64,000 nucleotides of DNA from Malacoraja senta. Its lineage: Eukaryota. Shown here piece by piece: positions 50,625 to 64,000 of this stretch; positions within the stretch are counted from its first letter, which is position 1, and each line of letters starts with the position of its first letter. The translations under genes were made by a program, and so were the position numbers. The stretch lies in NCBI GenBank assembly GCA_038087875.1, contig CM075977.1, forward strand, positions 308,264,001 through 308,328,000, written 5' to 3'. Below the pieces are notes generated by a model, which searched no databases, had not been told where the DNA came from, and worked only from the letters and a program-made list of their open reading frames with translations.

Positions 50625-51409
50625 CATGGAACTAGAATTTGTTTTAATAGTATAACAATAAAATAGGTTAGTTTGAAAGCGATCATAGTAATGTAAATGC
50701 ACCATTTAGTTTGACTTCAATTTTCATGATGGATATTGAAGTCGAACTAAATGTTGTATACACATCACTATTCCATGTTGAAATTGATGCAATGTGAAGT
50801 TGTTAGGTCAGGAGGACCATTAAAGGTGCACTGCACACACTAACACAGGCTAACAGTAACAGGCAATCAAATCAACACACAAAACATTTTCTAAAAAAAG
50901 GTTTTCTTTACTGCAAAAACGACAGTATTTTATTTGCACTTTTTGCATGCTCCTTTATAACATTTTACACAACATTTTACAACAGTACAACTTGATTATT
51001 AAAACAAGGACAACTTCAATTCTTGATTTTTTTTTAATGTATACATCAATGACCCCAATCACCCCATTCCACCCACTCATTATTCAACCAAAATTATTTC
51101 TGAAATATTGGTCATAAATTTGGTGCAAAAATGCTCCAAAATAAGGCTCAGAATGCACCAGAGAGCATCTAAAACACTAGAGCTTCCAGGGACCATAAGG
51201 GTTTGTGGGACGTAATGCTAACGTAAGTTGGGGAGTGTCTGTACTTTGTAACTTTTCATAGGCCTGAACTCCAGCAGCAGCTGCTCAGTGTTTTTGACAT
51301 TTATAAGCATGTTATTGTTCAGACAGAACCTAAATATATTAACAACTTTTCACTATAATTTTCCAGCTTTGCCTGCAAGAAGTCGTTGTTTAACTTTATT
51401 AATCTTTTC

Positions 51410-52450
51410 CACATCGGCCAAAATGTCCCAGCTACACTAGTCCCACCAGCCTGCACTTGGTCCTTATCCCTCCAAACCTGTCCTATCCATGTACCTGTCT
51501 TAAATGTTGGGATAGTCCCAGCCTCAACTACCTCATCTGGCAGCTTGTTCAATTCACCCACCACCCTTTGTGTGAAAAAGTTACCCTCAGATTCCTATTA
51601 AATCTTTTCCCCTTCTCCTTGAACCTATGTCCTTTGGTCCTCGATTCCCCTACTCTGGGCAAGAGATTCTGTGCTCTACCTGATCTATTCCTCTCATAAT
51701 TTGATACACCTCTATAAGATCACCACTCATCCTCCTGCGCTCCAAGGAATAGAGACCCAGCCTACTCAACCTCTCCCTATAGCTCAGACCCGCTAGTCCT
51801 GGCCACATCTTCGTAAATCTTCTCTGAACCCTTTCAAGCTTGAAAATATCTTTCCTACAACATGGTGCCCAGAACTGAACACAATACTCCAAATGAGGTC
51901 TCACCAACATCTTATACAACTGCAACATGACCTCCCAACTTCTATACTCAATACATTGAATAATGAAGGCCAAATGCCAAAAGCCCTTTTGACCACCTTA
52001 TCTACCTACGACTCGACCTTCAAGGAACCATGCATCTGCACTCCTAGATCCCTCTGCTCCATAACACTCCTCAGAGGCCTCTTATTCACTGTGTCGGTCC
52101 AGCCCTTGTTAGACGTCCCAAAATGCAACACCTCACATTTCTCTATATTAAATTCAATCAACCATTCCTCAGCCCACCTGGCCAATCGATCCAGATCCTG
52201 CTGCAATCTTTCACAAACATCTTCACTATCTGCAAAACCACCCACTTTTGTATCATCAGCAAACTTGCTAATCTTGCCCTGTATTCTCATCCAAATCATT
52301 AATGTAGATGAAAAACAGTAGTGGGCCCAGCACTGAACCCTGAGGCACACCACTAGTTACAGGCCTCCAGTCCGTGAAGCAACCTTCCACCATCACCCTC
52401 TGCTTCCTTCCATGAAGCCACTTTGCTGTCCATTCAGCTATCTCTCATCG
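51410..52450 (-). mobile_element. CR1 LINE (second subfamily) RT-to-3' fragment
   Basis: [19 protein letters not shown] and [10 protein letters not shown] motifs. Confidence 0.88.
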
Positions 52451-53557
52451 GATCTGTCCTGTGAGATGACTCTTGATTGGCTTTGGAGGTTTCAAAAAGC
52501 TGGCATGTACTAGCTACAACCATTAACTAATGTGCACTTACATCAGCCAAATATTGGATGAGGTAGAGCCAAACATTTTATTTAATGCTTGATATGTACA
52601 CATTTCAAGGAAGTGTGAAAATATGCTGGAGAAGGGATTACATAAATGGAATACCTAAAATGACTTTATCAGAGATAAGTGGAAGAGTGAGGATGAGGTA
52701 GAGTGATATAATGCGGAGGGGAATGACAATGAATGAATTGAATAAAGACAAAGTATGCACTGTAGGTATTGTGAATGCAAAAAGGTTGAACTGAAGTAAA
52801 GATAAACCATAATCTCATTGGATGTTGGAACAGGTGGCAAGGGTCACCAAAGCCTAATCCTACTTTTATTTCTTATATTCCTATACAATAATTTTGATAA
52901 ACAGCAGATGTTTGGTAAAATCCAAAGTGATATCAGGTGTGCTGCTTGGTGCAGCTGTATCTAATCCACATTACCAGGACCTTCAATGTTCTGTGGATCC
53001 ATAATCTATTTTTGTACAAATGATCAGATCCAAGATATTTGGAACTAAAGAATGGCTTATTGTTGAAACATAAGAAAGAATGATCACCATGGAAACTTGC
53101 ATAGCCTGGCAGCAGACTGGGCCAAAGACACAAAAGGAAGATTGGTCACCATGGTAACGTACATCACTAGGCCACATCAAAGACTAAGGATGAAATTAGT
53201 GTTTATCACTTGTATTTGAAGAAGTACATTATTGGCAAGCAAACCTCCTGAAAGATTAGTTCTAATGTAGGAACCTATAACATTATCATGTGAAGGAGGT
53301 TCTATCCTGTATCTTCCCCTGCATTGGACAGATTTATCATCTTCCTTTAACTCTTTCTTTATCGTACCCCTCTCCATGATATTGCTCTACTTCATCTTCA
53401 GTCTTCCATTTCTCCTCTTGTGCAAAGCTATTTTGGTAATTACATTTCCCACATTTTCTTGTGTAAGAAAGAACTGCAGATGCTGGTTTAAATCGAAGTT
53501 AGATCCAAAATGCTGGAGTAACTCAGGGACAGGCAGCACCTCTGGAGAGAAGGGATA

Positions 53558-53590
53558 GGTGACGTTTCAGGTCGAGACCCTTCTTCAGAC
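53558..53590 (-). ncRNA. Minimal hammerhead motif in a Penelope terminal repeat
   Basis: CTGAAGA-AGGGTC-TC-GACCT-GAAA-CGTC-acc. Confidence 0.6.
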
Positions 53591-53738
53591 TGACTTTCTG
53601 ATCATCCCACATTTTCCTCTTGGTTTCTTTGACAACATTTTAGTTGTTGAGAAATACATTACCAAAACAGGCCTTTCGGACAAACCGAGATCAGGCCGAC
53701 CAGCGATCCCCATACATTAGCACTATCTGATACACTAG

Positions 53739-54284
53739 TGTGAAATTCAAAATCACAATACTCTTTTAGAGACAAAGTCAAGCAAAGAAGCTTTTTATTT
53801 AGATCATATTCTGCAGAATAGGTGCCTCTCCTCTGATGTCCCCTGGAGGCACACCGAGGATCGGGATGTCTTCTATCTTTATACATTTCATGGGTACTAT
53901 TGTCACACCCTCATTCCTCCCCATTGAGCTTCTTCCAATCATAACATAAAGCCCACATTCCCACGAGAACGTCCTGGAACGCCCACCCAACGTCAAAGAC
54001 ACCTCCCATATCATGCATCGCATGTGCATTTAAATTAGGCATCTTGTCATAGTGGGTGTGTGTACATATTCATGTAAGTTCATTAGGCATGCGCAGATAT
54101 GTTTGACCTTCTGTACTTTCTCCCTTTTACTTACTTTTCAAATCTTCTGCTGAAGTCTTTTTATTTGCTACTTTTTATCTAGAATTTCTCTCTGTTCTAT
54201 ATATCGTTATTTTCTATTCTTTTCTTTCTGTTATTTTTCTATCCCTAGTTTAAATCAACCATGTCTGTTAACTCTTTCCTCACA
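53739..54284 (-). mobile_element. Solo LTR (546 bp) inserted in a V-SINE (~53660-54478)
   Basis: TGTGA...TCACA termini and 4-bp TSD CTAG (53735-53738, 54285-54288). Minus-strand TATAAA-like box at ~53880 and AATAAA at 53794-53799. The SINE reads through once the LTR is removed. Confidence 0.85.
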
Positions 54285-57200
54285 CTAGGGACAATTTACA
54301 AATTTTATTCAAGCTAATTAACCAACAAACCTGCACGTCTTTGGAGTGTGGGAGGAAACCGGAGCACCCAGAGAAAACTCACACGGTCACAGGGAGAACA
54401 TAGTACCTCCATACAGACAGCACCCATAGTCAGGATCGAACTTGGGTCTCTGGCGCTGTAAGGCAGCACCATGCCGCCCCTGCATACATACTATGGAAGT
54501 TGTTTTTGTGCATTCTTCCATGCCTCCTTTCCCGTCATTTCTTCACCACATCAAACGACTATCAGAGTATTCTCATCTCTGTAACAACTCAGGCTCCTTT
54601 CAAACAAGGTTTTTTAAGAAGCCATGTTTGCTGTCTCATTTTAATTGTTAGAAGTACAAATTCTGCAGGTTTCCCCTTTCAGTTTTACTTATAATCTCCT
54701 GTTGCAATATATTCCTGTCAGATTTCAGTTCATCCACCCATCTGTTATTTGATGATTTACTTCTTTGTCTAAATTTGTATTCTGTTGAACAGCTAATCCC
54801 CAAGATCATATTTGACCATGTTTCTCATCAGTAATCATGATTCCAACATCGAGTATCTTAGAGAAATCACAGTCTATGTGTTGCTTTTCCATTAACTAAT
54901 CCTTTTCTTCTCTCTAACACTTTGCTCCACTGATCTAATCCAGCGTGCACATCCTTTAGCACCCGAACACAAATGTCTGCATTATATACAAGCATCATAT
55001 TCTGAGGACATATTCTTATTTTTCCAGCAACCACACCAATAAATATCGCAACAGGAATAGACACCAGGCTGATCCATGATGTCCATCTTCACCTCAATTT
55101 TTTTTTTGTGTACCTTGGAGTATTCTTTGCTTCTCTTGTACATTTTTAATACTTCTATTTTTCCAAGATGTCTTGACTCTCAAGCACTCCAATATTTCCA
55201 CATTGGGTATCAGATGGTGGGCATTCTCAGGTTAATAAAAACAAAATAAATACTTATGTGACCTTTCCTATATTTTTCCCTCATGCAAGAGGCTCTATCT
55301 CATTACAACTTCCATGTCACATCCTCACCATTCTTGGGATTCTGAGGAGATAACATTACCAGTGAGCATCAATAAATCTACAAGACTTCAACTAATCACA
55401 AGCCCTCTGACAATTCCTGGCATTTATTAAGTTAATGTTAAAGGATTTGTATAATTGAGGCTTTTTTCTCTTGGCGGTCATTGGAAGATATGCCTTTCTT
55501 TGTTGACTCAATTATAAATAGAGATATGGTTGAAATCTATTGCAACTCTTTTCTGTGAGGTATGGAACAAATTACTTCTTTATAATGCTACAATTTATAA
55601 CTCAATATTATTAATTGTTTTAAAAACTCACCACAACATTTTAAATGTGGAGATGAAATGGTCTTTATAGAAATTACAGAATAAAACCACTACAAATTTA
55701 ACCCATATGTGTTGAAATGACTTTGCTGTGACATTTCTTTGTAAGGTAATCAGATTTCATGTGGGGAAGCTAGAATGAAACCTTGAAATAGAATAACAAA
55801 CATTCATTGTACATATATATAACTTGACACCTGAAATGTCATTATTTCTTTTCCATTTTCTTTTAAACTTATTTCTTGCTAGCTCTGCCTTTCTCTTATC
55901 CACATGGGCAGCAACTTACATTTTCCATAACAACAGATGTTAATTTGAAATACTGTATCTCCCTTGTTAACTCATCCTGTTATCTTTCTTACTGTACGTC
56001 CCACCTTTGCCACTTGTACAGAGGAACTGAACCTCTCTAAGATGAGCCCAAGGTTTCCACTTGCTATGTTCCCAGGGAAAACAACTGGAAATCTGGTCAC
56101 GACAACTGGCATTTCCAGAGCAGTGACCTTTGCTGTTCCATGAATTTTCAACATTAACCTTTCACTCTTTTCAATCACATTGTTGCTTTGCTTTGGTATG
56201 TTCCATTTCTCAAAGAGCAACTGCTTTGCTGGTAATCTGTGTTCATTGCCCTTCGAGACAGTTTCAAGATAGAGGCAGAGTGCACTGATCACCCATACCC
56301 TAGAGCATGATGTGCCTTCTGGGATCACCTGGTGAGAAGTTTTCCACTGGGAGTCTAGCAAATGGCTGGCTGCAGTGACAATAATATTGAAGCATTGAGA
56401 TGCGATGAGGTGAGATGAAGTGATGTTGTGCCACACAGCTCTGTTGCAAACAATCCTCTCACCTCCATCTTCATCACCTTGCCAACCGTGAAACCTGCAG
56501 TCTAACCTGTACATTTGTGAACGTCTATGGTGTTCTCGAACATTCAGAATCACTTATATATCTGACAAGATAAGTACACTATCTATGCCTCTCATAGTTT
56601 ATACCTATTAAGTCTCCCCTCAACCTCCAACATTACAGAGAAAACAATCCATGGATGGTGATGGAGGCAGATATGATAGTGGCATTTAAAAGTCTTTTAG
56701 ATGGGCACATGGAAGTGCAAGGAATAGAGGGATATGGATCATTTGCAGGTGGATGAGATCAGTTCAGCTAGGCATCATGTTCGCCCTAACATCCTGTGCT
56801 GCACTGTGTTATGTTCTATGGGCCCAGACTGCACAGGATTCTGGGTAGCAATAATCAGGTCAATTCTTTGAGCTTGGAGTAACCCTGGTCAGGGGTCAGG
56901 TTTGGATATTATACCCGAGCAGAGTTTTACACTCAAGACTCTCAAGCAGAAGTGAGTATTTTTAAGGCAAATGTAAAGTACTAACGCCTCCGTCACCCAT
57001 TCCATCAGCATTGCAAACACCAATAAATCAAAAGGTTTTACTCCGCATACCAGTTTAAGATAGGGATCTCAGTCCACGTGCACATGGTGTTTTTTTTAAA
57101 CCATATGTGTTTAAATCTTTAAAAATACCTTATTTTTATATTTGCTCTCTCGCCACCCTACTTGACCAGCATGAATAAAGTAACAAATTGTTTCCTGCTA

Positions 57201-57314
57201 AGATATAAATGCTTCTGTGGTAACACTCCCTCACTATGTGCAATAGCTCTGACACAAATAGTTTTAACCCCAAATAATTAGGATTGATCCAATGGGCTTT
57301 CACTCCATTATGTG

Positions 57315-59520
57315 TTACATCCCCATTTTTGCATATTTGCCCTCTCGAAATAAATACTAGCATTGTGTTTGCTTTCTTTACTACTGATTTGACTTGCAGA
57401 TTAACTTTTTGGAAATCCTGCACCTGCAATCCCAAGGCCCTTTGCACCTCCGATTTCATGATTCTCTCCCCATTTAGAAAATATTCTACGCCTTTATTCC
57501 TACTACCAAAATGCATGACTCCACAATCCACAAAATGCATGACTGCCACACTATATTCCATCTGACGCTTCTTTGCCCACTCACCCAACCTATCCAAGTC
57601 CTTCTGCAGAGTCCCCGATTTTACAACACCACCTGCCCCTTCACCTACTTTTGTATCTTCCACAAACCGGGCCACCAAGCCTTCAATCCCCTCATCCAAA
57701 TCATTAATATACAACGTGAAGAGCAGCGGCCCCAGCATCGACCCTGTGGAACTGCGCTAGTCACTGGCAGCCAACCAGGAAAATCGTCTTTTAATGCTAC
57801 TCTTTGGCTTCTGCCATCCAACCAACCTGATATCCATGCTAGTATCTGCCCTTTCATACCATGGACTCTCATCTTCCTTAGCAGCCTCCCATGTGGCACC
57901 TTATCAAAGGCTTTCTGAAAATCTAGATATACAACATCTACTGACTCCCTCCTTTGTATGTCCTGCTATTTACTTCTACAAAGAATTCCAGCAAATTTGT
58001 CAAGCAAGACCTCCCCTTCACAAAGCCATGCTGATCGTGAACTTCTAAGTACCCCATAACCTCATCCTTTATATTGGACTTTAAAATCTTACTAACCACC
58101 GAAGTCAGATTAACTGGCCTACAGTTCTCACTATTCTGCTCTGCTCCCTTCTTGTGCAGCAGGGTAATATTGGCAATTTTCCAATCATCTGGAACCACTC
58201 CTGACTCTAGTGTTTCTTGAAATATCACTATCAAAGCCTCCACAATCTCTAAAGCCACCTCTTTCAGAACTCTAGGGTGCAGTCCATCTGGTCCAGGTGA
58301 CATCCACTTTCAGCTTCCCAACCACCTTCTCCCTAATAATAGTCACTCCACTAACCTCCACTCCCTGACTGTTGAATTTCAGGCACGTTGCTGGTGTCTT
58401 CCACTGTGAAGACTGATGCAAAAAAGGTATTCAACTCCTCTGCCATTTCTTTATTTCCCTTTATCATTTCTTCTGCACTATTTTCCAGCAGTCCAACATC
58501 CACTCTTGCCTCTTTCTTACTCTTGATATAACTGAAGAAGTTATTGCTTTCTCCTTTTATATTATTAGCTAGCTTACCTTCGTATGACATCATTTTTCCC
58601 CATATTACCTTTTTAGTTATCTTCTGTTGTTCTTTAAAAGCTGCCCAATCTTCTGGCTTCCAACTAATCTTTGAAATGTTATATGCCTTCTCTTTTAGTT
58701 TTATACTGTCCTTGACTTTCCTTGTCAGCCATGGACATATCTTTCTCCCCCTAGAATCGTTCTTCCTCTTTGGAATGAGGCATCTTCTGAATTATTCCCA
58801 GAAATTCCTGCCATTGCTGTTCCACCATCATCCCTTTCCAGTCAACTTTGGCCAGCGCCTCCCTCATGCCTCTGTAGTCCCCTTTGCTCAACTGCAATAC
58901 CGACACATCCAATTTCACCTTCTCCCTCTCAAATTGTAGGTTAAAACCCATCATGTTGTGGTCGCTACCTCCTAGTGGTACCTTTACCTTGAGTTCACTT
59001 ATCAAATCCGGTTCATTACACAACACTAAATCCAGAATTGCCTTTTCCCTGGTCGGCTCCACTACAAGCTGCTCTAAGAACCCATCACGGAGGCACTCTT
59101 ACAAATTCCCTTTCTTAGGGTCCAGTACCAAGCTGATTTTCCCAGTCTATCTGCAAATTGAAATCTCCCATGACCATGCAGCATTGACTTTCTTACATGC
59201 CAATTGTACATCCTGATGTAACATGTATCCTATATCCTGGCTATTGTTTGGGGCCTGTAAATAACTCCCATTAGGGCCTTTTTACCCTTACAATTTCTCA
59301 GCTCTATCCACAATGACTCTACATCCTCTGATCTTATGTCACGCCTCGCTAAGGAATAAATTTCGCTCCTTACCAACAGTGCTACCCCATTCCCTCTGCC
59401 CACCTGTCTGTCATTCTGATAGGACGTATAACCTTGAAGTTTCAGTTCCCAGTTCCGATCCTCTTGCAGCCACATCTCTGTAATTCCCACAACATCATCC
59501 CTACCAATTTCTAAATGTGC
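57315..59520 (-). mobile_element. CR1 LINE ORF2 (APE+RT), decayed
   Basis: VVGITEMWL, LDLVLCNEP, GSDH, SPGPDGLHPRVLKE, HGFVKGRSCLTNL and LGPLLFTLYINDL motifs. Confidence 0.9.
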
Positions 59521-60449
59521 CACTGTACCATCTAACTAATGGCCATGGTCATTTATCTTGATTGGCATGGATGAATTGGGCTGAGAGAACCTGTTCCCAT
59601 GCTATTTGATTCTATAACTCTATGAGAAGACCCTATTGCATCTATAGTCTGCTCTACTGTTCAATAAAGTCCTGCTGATCTGATGTTGAGCTGAACACTG
59701 GTTTCATGCTTGATTATCATAACTCCTGTCTTTCCTACAGTTCACAAAAATCTATTCCAGCTTTGAATATATTGAATGATTTTGCTGCCACAACTCTCTG
59801 GGACTCGTTATACCAAAGTATCAGGATTCTTGGAGAAAATAATTTTCCCCTTAGTTAAATGGAGATTATGTTGCCTAACTCTGGATTGCCCCATGAGCAA
59901 AACCATTTCAACATCTATCCCGTCAATTGTCTTCAGAATCTTACGTTTTTAAGAAACCCTAGCGTTCTTCTTAACTCCAATAAGAATTGGCCCAACCCAA
60001 TGAATCAATCATCACAAGAAATTTCCTTCATCCCAAGAATCAAATAGTAAAGACTCGCCTTATTGGTTCCAAAACAACTATCTTCCTCCTTAAATAATGA
60101 AACCAAAAAAAAAAGAACAGTACTCAGAAACTATGAGTAATTTCTGTTCAAGATGGTGCTGGAAAGTGATGACATTTTTCACGAAGTTCCTCCTCTTATA
60201 CCAGATAAAACTGTCTCTTGTGATCATTTCTTATTACTATCTATCCTATCCTTTCCAACGCTGGGAACATCATTAATTCCAGTGCTGAAATTCTATTGTC
60301 AATCATCGCTATTTCAAAGGAACTCTTGGAACTGCCAATATTATTAGAGGCAATGTTACTGTCACAGCTGTAACAAACCATGGAAGCACTGCAGTGGCAG
60401 AAACAACAGAGATACCAGCCTCCTCACACACCCACCCCTCCACATATTT

Positions 60450-60570
60450 TCAGCTAATGTTCAATCACTTGGGAACAAGCTTGAAGAGTTTAGAGCATGG
60501 CTGATGTTTCAAAGGGAGATCAGGATTTGCTGTGATCTTTGTTTCACTGAAATACGGCTCATCCGTGACT
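60450..60570 (+). mobile_element. Rex1/Babar APE N-terminal fragment
   Basis: ANVQSLGNKLEEFRAWLMFQREIRICCDLCFTE. Confidence 0.6.
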
Positions 60571-61738
60571 TACTTAAATCTGAGCATTTCTCCAGTTATC
60601 ATATGGACCATTTAGGAATGTAGGAAAGTAGTAGATGTGTTTAAGAATGTAGGTGGAGGGGGGAAGAGAAGGGAGAGAGAGATGCAAGTTCAGCCAGGGC
60701 TCAGGAGAAAGGAGGGGGATGGAGTCAGGCTACCAGTTTCACTGTGGGAGGCCTCTTAAGAGGTTCCGACATGGATAAAATTGACATGTATATCTATAAA
60801 AACAGAATCTGTTCATAACCCTGGGATGGGCTTGTATGCATTTGGGAAAGATTTCTAAATTGGAGGTAATTAGATATTGTTCTATATACATTTGTGTTAT
60901 GCATTCATGTTCATTCAAAATGTTTTAAGATTAGCTATACAGGATTATAGTTACCTTTATTGGCTCGCTGATTCTTTGATTATGGTTTAAGAGTCTTGTA
61001 AAGACCCATACTATTCTTCTATAACTAGGAAAATATTTGGTAGAAATTAGTTTCCATTTGTTTGGATGCATTAAACCTGCACTTGAACGACCATGAATGC
61101 CGAACTGTACCTTTAATCCAAAAATATATCAAATGGTTCAGGCTGGAACCGTCCTCTGCTCTGCACTTCCCTGTCACACTGGCCTTGTAGAATCCAATTC
61201 CTAAATTTGGCCTGGCATTGCTTTGTGGCTCTTCCATAAAGCAGAACAATACCTGTGTGACAATGAGTCTGGAGCTGATGGAAACTAATACTCTGTCTAC
61301 AGACCGGCCAGAAACAGAAACAAAATCACACCCAGAGAGCAGTGCTGAACTACTGTCTACCTCTTTGATGACCCTCGAACTATCCTTGATTGGACTTTGC
61401 TGGCTTTACCTTGCACTCAACATTATTCCCTTATGATGTATCTATACACTGTAAATGGATCGATTGTAATTATGTATTGTCTTTCTGCTGACTGGTTAGC
61501 ACGCAACAAAGACTTTTCACTGTGCCGCGGTACACGTGACAATAAACTAAACTAAAGATTAATATTTTTAAAAGGTAAAAGAATGCACTTATCACAACAT
61601 TAAATTGATGTTAGCACATTAAACCAAAGTAATATTTTTACTTGAAATGAAGTTTAAAGAAAACAAAGTCTTCTGACAGTATCTCTATGTCAGTACCTCT
61701 TACACTTTTCGTGAAGAATATCAACTCTAGGCAAAAGT

Positions 61739-61881
61739 TGGATCTGTGCTGAATGGGGCATTTCAGAATGGGTTGATCTGCACACTACAGGTTTCCAGCT
61801 CTTCAGTTCCATCGGGAAGAGCTGGAATGCTGCAGTGTGCACGTCAAGCCATTCTGAAATGCCCCATTCAGCACAAATCCA
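61739..61881. repeat. Long inverted repeat / hairpin (~66-bp arms, 11-nt loop)
   Basis: ggatctgtgctgaatggggcatttcagaatgg..ccagctcttc pairs with gaagagctgg..ccattctgaaatgccccattcagcacaaatcc. Confidence 0.9.
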
Positions 61882-62072
61882 TAATATACCGAACAGCTGC
61901 CTAACCCTCAGAATAGTCTGAGGCCCTACATTTCTTCATTGAGCTGGTGTTGAGCAAATGCCTCTCCACAAATGTACTTATTTTTCCTGGCAGAATTTAT
62001 TATAGTCATACAGCATGGACATAGGCCCATCGGCCCAACTCGTCAAAGCCGATCAAGATGCCTCATTGAAGA

Positions 62073-62230
62073 ATCTCACCTTGAACAACTTCACCTTCAA
62101 CTACACTCACTTTCTTTAGGTCAAAGGTATAGATATAGGGACTGACATGTGTCCAAACTATGCCTGCCCCTTTGTAGAAAATCTGGAGCAGTCGTTGTCA
62201 CAGTCTTAATTAGGATCCTTTCCTCAACTC
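62073..62230 (+). mobile_element. Penelope RT fragment
   Basis: LTLNNFTFNYTHFL*VKGIDIGTDMCPNYACPFV, a degenerate Q..G.AMG..M.P.YA motif. Confidence 0.7.
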
Positions 62231-62249
62231 CAATGCATTGATATTTTTT

Positions 62250-62525
62250 AGTTTAAAGATACAGCATGAAAACAGGCCATTCGGCCCATCCAGTCCACTG
62301 ACCAAAGGTAAGCCAGTTCTGTTATCCCGTTCCCTACAAACTTGGGGGAAATTTGCAGAGGCCAATTAATCTACAAACTTGTACATCTTTGGGATGTGGG
62401 AGGAAACACACGTGATCACTCAGGGAGAACGTGCAAACTTCACACAGACAGTACCCGAGATCAGGATCGAACCCGGGTCTCTGGCACCATGAGGCAGCAG
62501 CTCTACCAGCTGCACCACTGTACCG
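62250..62525 (-). mobile_element. V-SINE (HE1-like)
   Basis: Same head and B-box (GGTTCGATCC) and body as 565-878. Confidence 0.7.
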
Positions 62526-63509
62526 CCTATGGATATTGGTGCTACTTCTTGAACTCATAAAGAACGTGAAAATTCCAGTAAAAAACAAAGTGCTGGAGGT
62601 ACTCAGCAGGCCAGGCAGCATCTGGACAGACAATGCTTTGGGTTGGGGGCCTTCCACAGATTATTTCCAGCCTATCCCATTTCACATGATCCATTTCTGG
62701 CTCTTCCTTTCCCTTTGTAGATTTTTCAGTCTTCATTTCAGGGACAGTGACCAATATTCATAATAAGTCCTAAGTTTTCTTGATTGTACTCTTTCTCACC
62801 TTGAATCCTGTGAAGACTCTGTTGCATTTCGTTAATTCCTCCATCTCCACAGTGTCTGCTCTGATGAACATAACAAAAGAGAATACATTTCTCGGTCCAT
62901 GCTGGCTCCAAGGAGAACTATATGATTAGTCCCATTCCCCATCTATATTTCCTTGTACCTCTGAAAACTATAGGCATACATGCCTATTAACTCCGATTTG
63001 ATTGTTTTGCCATTAACTTACACTTAGAGATGATTTACAATCACAAATGAACATACCAGCAAATCTTTGCGATGTGGGAATTAACCAGAGATTCAATTTG
63101 TCACAGGGAGAATGCACAACCTTCTCAAAGACACATCCAAGGTCAGCATTAAACCCAGATCTGTGAGCCAAAAGCACTCACTGCTATCCCACCATGCCAC
63201 CTGTGATGATATTTTCCACACAGTTACCTTTTAAGTCTTCCTCACCTTCTCCCCACCACCAGCATCCACCCGTCACATTTTCTGCCAACGTCAAAGAGAT
63301 CCAATCACTGGATCCAATTCTCTTGCCCGTCCTTTTAGTATTCAGATGAAACCATTTTCTATAGGACCCCCAGATGCACTCATCTGCCTTCACCAGGTTA
63401 ACCTTTCTCTGGGTATGGTTTCTTTAAATTTGGCAGTGAATAAATCACTTGGCACATTTGCCTTCATTGGTCAGTCCCTTGAGTACAGTAGTTGTGACAT
63501 AATTACTTT

Positions 63510-64000
63510 TATAGATGCAGGAGGAGGCCATTTGGCCCTTTGAGCCTACACCGCCATTCATTGTGATTATGGCTGACAATTGACAATAGACAATAGACAA
63601 TAGGTGCAGGAGTAGGCCATTCGGCCCTTCGAGCCAGCACCGCCATTCATTGTGATCATGACTGATTATCCACATTCAGCATCCCGTTCCTGCCTTCTCA
63701 ACATATCCCCTAACTCCGCTATCTTTAAGAGCTCTTTCTAACACTCTCGTGAAAGCATCCAGAGAATTGGCCTCCACTGCCTTCTGAGGCAGAGAATTCC
63801 ACAGATCATCCGCAATCAGTTACCCTTGCCTGCCTTCTCCCCATATCCCTTGATTCCGCTAGCCCCTAAGCACTATCTAACTATCTTTTAAATTCATCCA
63901 GTGAATTGGCCTCTACTGCCTTCGGTGGAGGAGAATTCCACAAATTCACAACTTTCTGGGTGAAAAAGTTTTTTCTCATCTCAGTTTTAAATGGCCACCC
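63510..64000 (-). mobile_element. Stack of CR1 3' ends
   Basis: Three overlapping 3'UTR/tail fragments with (caataga)n. Confidence 0.8.

Noticed and set aside
55972-56553. 193-aa minus-strand ORF
   Set aside because: Non-ATG start, no recognisable domain, no supporting splice structure.

Overview
Eukaryotic, repeat-dense genomic DNA. The repeat content (CR1/HER1-type LINEs, HE1-type V-SINEs, Penelope remnants) points to a cartilaginous fish, probably a skate or ray; this is an inference. The only host gene I can support is TUSC3 (oligosaccharyltransferase subunit) on the minus strand: a 91-bp penultimate coding exon at 13704-13794 (..[30 protein letters not shown]) and the terminal exon coding for (S)FLIK* at 6640-6655. 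I found no upstream TUSC3 exon, so 13795-64000 appears to be one large intron. The rest is nested transposable elements: many CR1 LINEs, an RTE-X-like LINE, HERO, Tx1, Rex1/Babar and Penelope fragments, a hAT element with 8-bp TSD, two PIF/Harbinger MITEs, a solo LTR, tRNA-derived SINEs and three non-autonomous Helitrons. The main findings are: (1) a hammerhead-ribozyme core in non-canonical (non-circularly permuted, pseudoknotted) strand order in the HERO 3'UTR; (2) a Helitron-in-Helitron nest adjoining a decayed FAM110 gene fragment, a candidate gene capture; (3) minimal dimer-type hammerheads in Penelope repeats; (4) a templated inverted duplication inside a CR1; (5) a ~140-bp intronic hairpin. 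Most ORF-track entries are TE fragments, antisense shadows or low-complexity artefacts. Boundaries of degraded repeats are approximate.
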